From the human T2T-CHM13v2.0 reference genome, Homo sapiens, in assembly GCF_009914755.1 (NCBI RefSeq), contig NC_060940.1: DNA of 64,000 bases; one strand, 5' to 3'. The translations under genes were made by a program, and so were the position numbers. Under the pieces are notes generated by a model. It made no database searches, had not been told where the DNA came from, and saw only the letters and a program-made list of their open reading frames with translations. Positions 55,832 through 64,000 of this stretch are shown here, one piece after another (positions within the stretch are counted from its first letter, which is position 1; every line of letters begins with the position of its first letter).

Positions 55832-57532
55832 CAAGATGCAAAGAAATTGTTTCACCTAGTTGACTTCAAAGTACTGTATTGACCAAGCCAAGAATTTACT
55901 TCTTGCTAAGTTCCCAGAATTTTATTAGAAAGGAAATGAGAATTGAAGGCAGTTGTAATCTTTAACAGCTGATTCATGTCTGCAGCTAAGGTATTTAGTT
56001 CTAGTCACCACCATTTTTAGCATCTTTATCAATTTTTAACTGTACAAGTAATGCACAATACATTCACTTTGTAAAAATTAAAACTTTATAGATAAGGGTA
56101 AAGTCTTTTGACCACTGCTTCCAAACATAGACCTTCTTGCCCTTCCAAATATTCTTCTATGCATTTACAGACATACATGTATCCAACGACAAACATATGT
56201 TTTCCTTATTTGTTTTACATAAGTGGTTATTATGCCATACAAATCAATACCCACATTGCGTTTTTACTCAATAATATGCCTTATGTTTAGAAATCTTTCC
56301 ATGTTAGAACATATCAATCTATTCTTTCAGAGAAGTCCATATACTGTAATTTAGTATCATTCCTTCAGTGATGGATTTTGCTTCCAGGTTTTCAGATTAT
56401 AAGCAATTCTGCAAAATGTCATTATCTGGTTGGAACTAAGTTCATATAATTGTCTTAATGGCATGCTTAACTAGCTTTTGCAAGTACAGTTTTCTTCAGT
56501 ATGTTTCTACTGACCTGATCATTCAAAACACTCTTTTAATGTTTTCTACCAAGCCACACCTCCTTCTTGATGGTAAGGACAAAAACAACTATGAGATATT
56601 TCGTATTTTGAATGCCCCACAAATAAACAGATATTCCAAATACGGCAGTGAATTAAATGTTTTCAATAGGGGGAAAATGAGAATCTCCTGTCAGAAATGC
56701 CCAAGGAAAGGTTGTTATGAAAGGAAAACATCATTATGGCAAGTTTCTTGTTACACAAATTCGGTTATACAGATCAGACCATGTCCCTTGAACTACCACT
56801 GCACACTGGGAAAATTCATTCATTCATAGTAGCGTCCTTCCACACAGTATTCAGTTTTCCATTTACCTTGTTTGCTAACACCCACGTTATAAAGAGTTGT
56901 CACTGATTACATAAAGGATGGTTTGCCAATCAGGATATGCATACATGGCCTCGATAACCATCCTTCAGTCCAATATAAATCTCTTACAAATCCAATAGGA
57001 GATGGCAGGAAGTTCTTTTGAAGAATGAGAAAATTTTTCCAGGAAGGTTTGAGGGCGAATTCCGTGAGAAGTTTTTCACCAGGGATCTCAGGTACTGTCA
57101 TTCCTCTGGACAGGAATTGAGTAGGTGCTGAGATACTCACCAGTTAATTGCCTTTGGGTTAGTGGAAGAAGTAAGTCACCTAGCCAGATCTTATGCATTT
57201 GCACAAGTAGAGAATGGAAACTTCCAATCTGAGTGAGTTTAATTAAAGATTCTAGAATATTTTTAAAACAGTTCACACTAATTACTTTTAGTTTAGGGAA
57301 TAACTCAAAGTTGGGTTAATTGTGTTGTCAGTTAGTGAAAACCAACAACTGACTTGAGAATGGCAGAGATAGGGAAACAGTCCTTCCAGAGTGTAAGAGA
57401 TACTGGATATCTCATATTCCTTCAGCTCCAATTTGTGCTGTTAATTGGCTCAGTCTTTCATTCTATACTGAGCACTCATATCTGCATCTTATAAAAAGGG
57501 AAGTTGGGAGACACGGTTAAGAGTTAATGGAA

Positions 57533-58575
57533 AAAACAGATAAATTGGACTTCATCAGAATTACAAACTCTTATGCATCAAGAATGCTACCAAGGTGAAA
57601 AAAATAGCGTATAGAATGGAAGAAAATATTGCAAATCATATAATCTGATAAAAGTTTAATGTCCAGAGTATGTAAAGAGTGCCTAAAACTCAATAACAGG
57701 AAGACAATCTAATTTTTAAAATGAGCGAAGGATTTCATTAGACATTTCTCCAAAGAAGATATATAAATGGCAAATAAATACATGAAAAGATCCTTAACAT
57801 CATTAGTCAATAGAGAAATGCAAATCGAAACCTCAAGGAGAGATTACTTCACACCTACTGGGATGGCAATTAAAAAAAAAAAAAGAAAAGAAAATAACAA
57901 GGCAAGCATGTGGAGAAATGGGGCTCCTCCATTATTGGTGGGAGCGCAAAATGGTGCAGCACCTTTCAAAAACAGTTTGATGGGTCCTCAAAAAAATTAC
58001 ACATAGAATTACCATGTGACCCAGCAATTCCACTCCTAGATGTATACACAAAAGAATTGAAAGCAGGGACTCAAACAGATACTGTGCATCAGTGTTCATT
58101 GTAGCATTATTCACAGTGTTCTAAAGGTGGAAACAACCCACATATCCATCAACAGAGGAATGGATAAACAAAATGTGTTATATGCATACAGTGGAATATT
58201 ATTCAGCCATTCTAAGGAATGAAATTGAAACACGGGCCACAGTATGAATGAACCTTGAAAATATTATGCTACGTGAAATAAGCCAAACACAAAGGACAAA
58301 TATTGTATGATTTAACTTACATAGAATATCTAGAATAGGCAGATCCATGGAGACAAAGTAGATGATAGGTTACCAGGGGCTGGGAGAAGGGAAATGGGGA
58401 GTTTGTTGCCTAACACGTACAGCATTTCTGTTTGGTGTAATGGCAAAGTTTTAGAAATAGATAGTGGTGATGGTTGCACAACATTGTAAGTGTAAATGTG
58501 ATAATTCCACTGAACCGTATACTTAAAAATGATTCAAATGGCATATTTTTGTTATATATATTTTGTCATAAAAAA
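57533..58575 (+). mobile_element. 5'-truncated old L1 (L1MB-like): ORF2 C-terminus remnant and 3' UTR
   Basis: ORF-track fragments 'REMQIET..R..FTPT.MA' and 'ELPCDPAIPLL' resemble ORF2p. L1MB-type 3' end. TSD aagagttaatggaa/aaaagttaatggaa. Confidence 0.9.
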
Positions 58576-58662
58576 AGTTAATGGAACCATATACAGAATT
58601 AAAGCATGTCATCGACAGTTACAAAGGCATCCAATGAAAGATCTCATAATATGGAAAACGCT

Positions 58663-59169
58663 ATTTCAGTTATGCATTGCAATGTAACAAATCACCCCGA
58701 AATGTAGTGAGTTAAAACAACCACAGTTTATTATTCCTCATCTAAGACTCCGGCCTTCTGGGGTTGACTAGGGCTCAGCTGGACAGGTGGTTCTTCTGCT
58801 GGGTTCACTGAGGGTCTTACCCGTGACTATAGTCAGGGAGCAGCTGGGACCAAAAAGCTGGTTCTGCTGTGACTCTGAGATTTCTGGGCCTCTCTTTCTC
58901 CTTGTAGTCTCAGGGCCTCTTTCTCTCCAAGTGGCCTTTCCATGTGGGCTCTCCAGCAGGGCAGCCATGCTCCTTACATGGCGGCTCAAGACACCTAAGA
59001 ATACAAAAGCAGAAACTGCCAGGCTTTTTTAAGGAAATGGCCCAGAGTCACCTGTGCCGTGATCTGTTGTTGAAAGCAAGTCACAGAAAGGGCCAGTCCA
59101 GGTTGAATGCAGGAGTGAGTGCTGGAGGTGTGGTCCGTTGGAGGCCATGTTTGGAGGCTAGTTACCACA
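58663..59169 (-). mobile_element. MaLR LTR (MLT1-like)
   Basis: 'gtaacaaatcaccccgaaatgtagtgagttaaaacaac' at one end and 'ggaggctagttaccaca' at the other. Confidence 0.75.
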
Positions 59170-59272
59170 AACACCATGGACATATGCATGGAACAAGTGA
59201 GAGCAAAATCCTCATGAAACATTATAGGAAACCAACAGATAATATCTAAAATTAATCGATCAAGAAATGGTA

Positions 59273-59565
59273 TGCCGGTACAGTGGCTCACACCTGTAAT
59301 CCCAGGACTTTGGGAGGCCAAGACAGAAGGATTGCTTGAGGCCAGGATTCAAGACCAGCCTGAGCAACACAGTGGGACTCTGTCTCTACAAAAATAAAAT
59401 AAGCCGGAAATGGTGGTGAACACCTGTAGTCCTAGCAACTCAGGAGGCTGAGTTGGGAGGATCACTTGAGCTTAGGAGTTCAAGGCTGCAGTGAGCTGTG
59501 ATCACACCACTGTGCACTCCAGCCTGGTGACAGAGAGAGACCCTGTGTCTTAAAAAGCAAACAAA
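59273..59565 (+). mobile_element. AluJ-like element
   Basis: Both arms present, 'ggagttcaaggctgcagtgagc'. Confidence 0.92.
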
Positions 59566-59729
59566 GAAATCAGGGTACATGCATATTAGTTAGAGATACA
59601 GAAGGTAACTACCATATGAAACAAATCTGCGGGTTGGATGGATGGAGTGGAACAGTCTTGCTTTTTCGTTGTGAACCCTTCTACGTCATTGGATGTAAAC
59701 CTGTGAGTGGGCCATGTTTCCATCATATT

Positions 59730-59975
59730 ATAGGGGAGTGATTTGGAGCATGGGCTCTGGAACCAGACTGCCTGGGTTCACATCTTGGCTACCTCACTCA
59801 CAATCTTTGTGACCTTGGGCAAATTACATAACCACTCAGTGCCTCACTGTTTGCATCTGTAAGGTAGGGATAATAATCATAGCAACCTGATGGGGTTACT
59901 GGGATTATTACATGAGTAAAGCACTTACAGTGCCATCTGGCACATAGTAGATGCTCAGAAAATGTTGGCAATTAA
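59730..59975 (+). mobile_element. MIR
   Basis: 'gggctctggaaccagactgcctgggttca...gtgaccttgggcaaattac...ctggcacatagtagatgctca'. Confidence 0.88.
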
Positions 59976-59981
59976 CAATTA

Positions 59982-60476
<495 letters not shown>

Positions 60477-63073
60477 CTACCAAATCTGAAGTCTAAAAGA
60501 GCAAGTCATGGCTGTCCAAAATTACCTTGCTGAAAAATGAGAATTCCTTCTCTTTGAGGAAAGATCTCTAGATTCTTTACAGTTGAACCTGTTCCTTCAT
60601 CCTCACACTGTACCCACCATGGAGAAATAATTCACAGACCCACTCGCTGCCTCCCCAAAAGACCTTTCTCCTGGGAAAGAACTTTATAAATCACTTTAAG
60701 TTAGCAACCGTAATTCCCAGACGCTTACATGAGACCCACTGAAAAAGGACGTTAACTTGGAACCAGTTAAATTGCTTCTAGTCTTTATTTGCTGGCCTCC
60801 TGTACATCTCTCTCTTGCAGAAGGCTATTCACGTGATCAACCCTAGGTGAGACTGTAAGGAAGTTTACCTCTGCTTCTCACCCAGGGACTGCAGAGGTCA
60901 TGGGATTCTCCCTTCTTCACACCAGGAAGCAGCAAGGAAGCAGCATGCTCTATCCAAGAGGTGGCTTAAACTATTATCCTCCTTAGAGGTAGTTGCATTG
61001 TAAAAATACCTTTCCCTCCTTTCCCCATACATTTGAACAAAATAAATTAATGGTAGACTTCCTGGCATTAGTTGAAAGCCAGAGCAAGAGTGTTCCTGGA
61101 GGGACAGGAACACTGTCCTGGGACCCATCCATTCATGCCACACAGGCAGGCCACTTGCTGATGGCACTTACGCATCCAACCCTGGCCCCGGAACTTACTG
61201 GCGGATGCCTTTGGGCACTAGGACCTTTGCGAGTCAGTCTCCTGCTAGAAAGAACAGTTTAAATTAGGAATAGCAAGTTCTCCAAGTCTCACAGTCTCGC
61301 CCGAGCTAACCTATCAGCTAGCGCGGCAGAAAACGCATAATGGAGCCTCCGTAAAGTATTCTGTGCCAACTCCCAGGTGGTCTCAGCTGCAGAACTGTTC
61401 TTCCAAAAAGTGTAAATTCTAACTTAGCAGTCTGCTGAGAAGCCCAGCTCCCTGGCAGGCCGGGCACGGGGCAGGAGGTCACAGCAGCTAATCAAGTCCT
61501 TGCTGTGTTCTCCTGACTCACCGCCGAGCTCTGGCCCAGTCCCAGCTGACCCCACTCCTGTAATGCTCAGTGAGGAGCCGAACTTCTCCATTAATCGGCC
61601 TGTTTGCAGGAGCTGGAAAGGTGACTTGTAACAGGCCTCTTGTTCCCAGACTCCTCTATAATGACATTCTGCACAAGCAGATGTCGTCCTTTGATTCCTT
61701 ATGACCTTCTGAATTTTGGCAAATGAGAAAGCATCTGGGATCCGCAGTGAGGGCCTAAGGGTGTCTTTTCTACAAAGAGCTACTGTCGTCCTCCACCCCA
61801 CCCTGCCTTTGCCCCCATCTCTACCAGGCACGTGGCAAGGACATGGCCTTGCTTATTTTCCCTGTTGGAAAAAGCCTTCTTCCCAGAGCCAGGGGGCTTT
61901 GAGATGAGGTGGCCCAGACTGTCCCATGCTTGAGCATTTACCAGACGTGACTTTGGGTCCCTGTGGCTGTCTCAGTTTGACAGATGAGAAAATGCTGTTG
62001 CTAAGGGCCCTTCCCAAGGTCACCCCACAAGCAAACATTGGTGCTGGGAGAATGAGATCACCCCCAGACAGTGAAGGAATGACAGACCCACGCTTTCAAA
62101 GCCCCGAAATGTGACACTCCACCAGCCCGTTGACCAGAGACTACAAGACAGTAAGTAATAAATAGATAATGGCCTGTCTCTCCTCTTGCTTTCTCCTTAA
62201 AGATGCCCAGGTGGGAAACTTGTGGTTGTGATGATTAATTAATAAGTCCGCCCAGTTAACCTGAAGTTTGCAGGCCATACTGCAAGCCTAAGGCGGTCTC
62301 TTTGGCAACTCATCCTTCTTTTCCGAGGCTCCAGTGGGCTTTATTCAGTGGCGGCATTGCTAGCAGCACCGCAAAAACTTCAGTCGGAGGACTTCAGAAT
62401 TTGGCCTGCTCTCTATTGAACTACGATGTTTTAAAACTCCTTTCTAACCAAGTCATTTCAGAAGCAAACCTTGCACTGACTCAGAAGGCCTGTTCAGTCT
62501 TCCGTGGCTCTCAGCATATAGGATTACCCTCCTTCCTCAGCCTGAATTCACGGCACCAAAAAGAAAAAGAACAGCATAAATTGGATGTGTGTTGAGTTCT
62601 GAAGATACACATCAGGTGGACTTGGGAATCCAGGGAGGCTTTGGCGTGATTCCTTCTTTTCTATTCCAGCGCAAAGGCGAACAATACATCAAAGCCTTGA
62701 AGGATAAGGTTTACAGCCTTCCCTCCCTCCCAGCCCCAGAGCTGGAGTGGCCTAGGACGCCACCGAAGAGGCGTAAGATATTTTGCTTCATCAAACGAAT
62801 ACTGTGTGTAGGTAGAGCATAGAAGTTTAGTCTCATGAGATGACTCCATTCCTAAGGGAATCTAGAGGCTTTCTGCGGAGCACCGTGACATAGATCATAT
62901 CATCCTCCTGCTTAAAACCCTCCGGCGGTTCCCCATCTCACTTAGAGTAAAATCCAGTCTCCACAGTGGCTTCCAAGAGCTCAGACTTCACTGACCCCAT
63001 CCTCTCCATCCCCTCTCTTTGCCCCCTTCCTCCAGCCACAGTTGCCCCCTTGCTGTCCCCTGGGCATGCCTAA

Positions 63074-63349
<276 letters not shown>

Positions 63350-63534
63350 TAATGCCTAACTCATTCTCACTTACAATACCCTTCCCCAGGACAAGCGTCC
63401 ATCACAACCACCCCAGCCTAGTCTCTTCCCTCAGCCTCTCTATTCACTCTTTTTTTTTTTTCATTTCTCTGCTTGATTTGCTCCAGAACACTTATCTCTA
63501 GCAGAAATTATCTTGATATTTATTTGCTTACATT

Positions 63535-63995
63535 GTGTGGCAGGCAGAGAATGTTAGCTTTTCATCCTGTCTCACTTTTTGCTTCTTCCTTGAAGTCTTG
63601 GTTTTGACAGGGAAAGGGAGCAACGTCCAGCTAAAATCTCACACTTCCCAGTGACTAAGTTCTAATCAGTGAGATCCAGATGGAGGGGGTTACTTGTCCT
63701 CCTTTCAAAGAGGAGGTAAGGGGATATTATAGCCCTCTGTCTTTTCTGCTGCCCCCCGCCTGGGACTCAGATATGGTGGTTGGAGTGTCCTGGCCCCAAA
63801 GGTGACTTCGCAGATGGCAGCCATGTGCTAAGGATGACAGAGCAGAAAGGTGGATGGAACAGCCTGGGTTGCAGACGTCCATGGTCTGCTTCTGTGTGAT
63901 GGTCCTTAGACTTCTTTAATGTGAAATAAAAATAAGCTCCCATCTACTTTGACCACTGTTATTTCCAGTCCCCCTTGCTAGCAGCTGAATACAGT
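63535..63995 (+). mobile_element. Old MaLR LTR (MLT1-like)
   Basis: 'tgtggcaggcagagaatg' start and 'aggatgacagagcagaaagg...gtgaaataaaaataag...gcagctgaataca' end. Highly diverged. Confidence 0.55.
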
Positions 63996-64000
63996 TTATA

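Overview
Human non-coding DNA, intronic or gene-desert in character. There are no recognisable host protein-coding exons, RNA genes or CRISPR arrays. The dominant feature is a full-length (~6.0 kb) + strand L1HS retrotransposon at 10104-16151 with a pre-Ta-type 3' UTR. ORF1 and antisense ORF0 are intact, but ORF2 is dead: a 4-bp frameshift after codon 18, C1143G, and a nonsense codon at S1259. The 17-bp target-site duplication lies ~125 bp beyond the L1 end and encloses a multi-segment 3' transduction (poly(A), 71 nt unique, patterned poly(A), TACTTG, poly(A)), which looks like a record of serial retrotransposition. The rest is old Alu, MIR, L2, MaLR LTR, L1M and DNA-transposon fossils, interleaved with many repeat-free, homeodomain-motif-rich blocks that resemble conserved developmental enhancers. 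From memory, the layout fits FTO intron 8 in the IRX3/IRX5 regulatory block; this is unverified. Smaller oddities are two template-switch inverted duplications inside transposon fossils, several candidate cryptic exons (one next to a UG repeat) and an ACTAAC cluster. I found no wholly new gene system.
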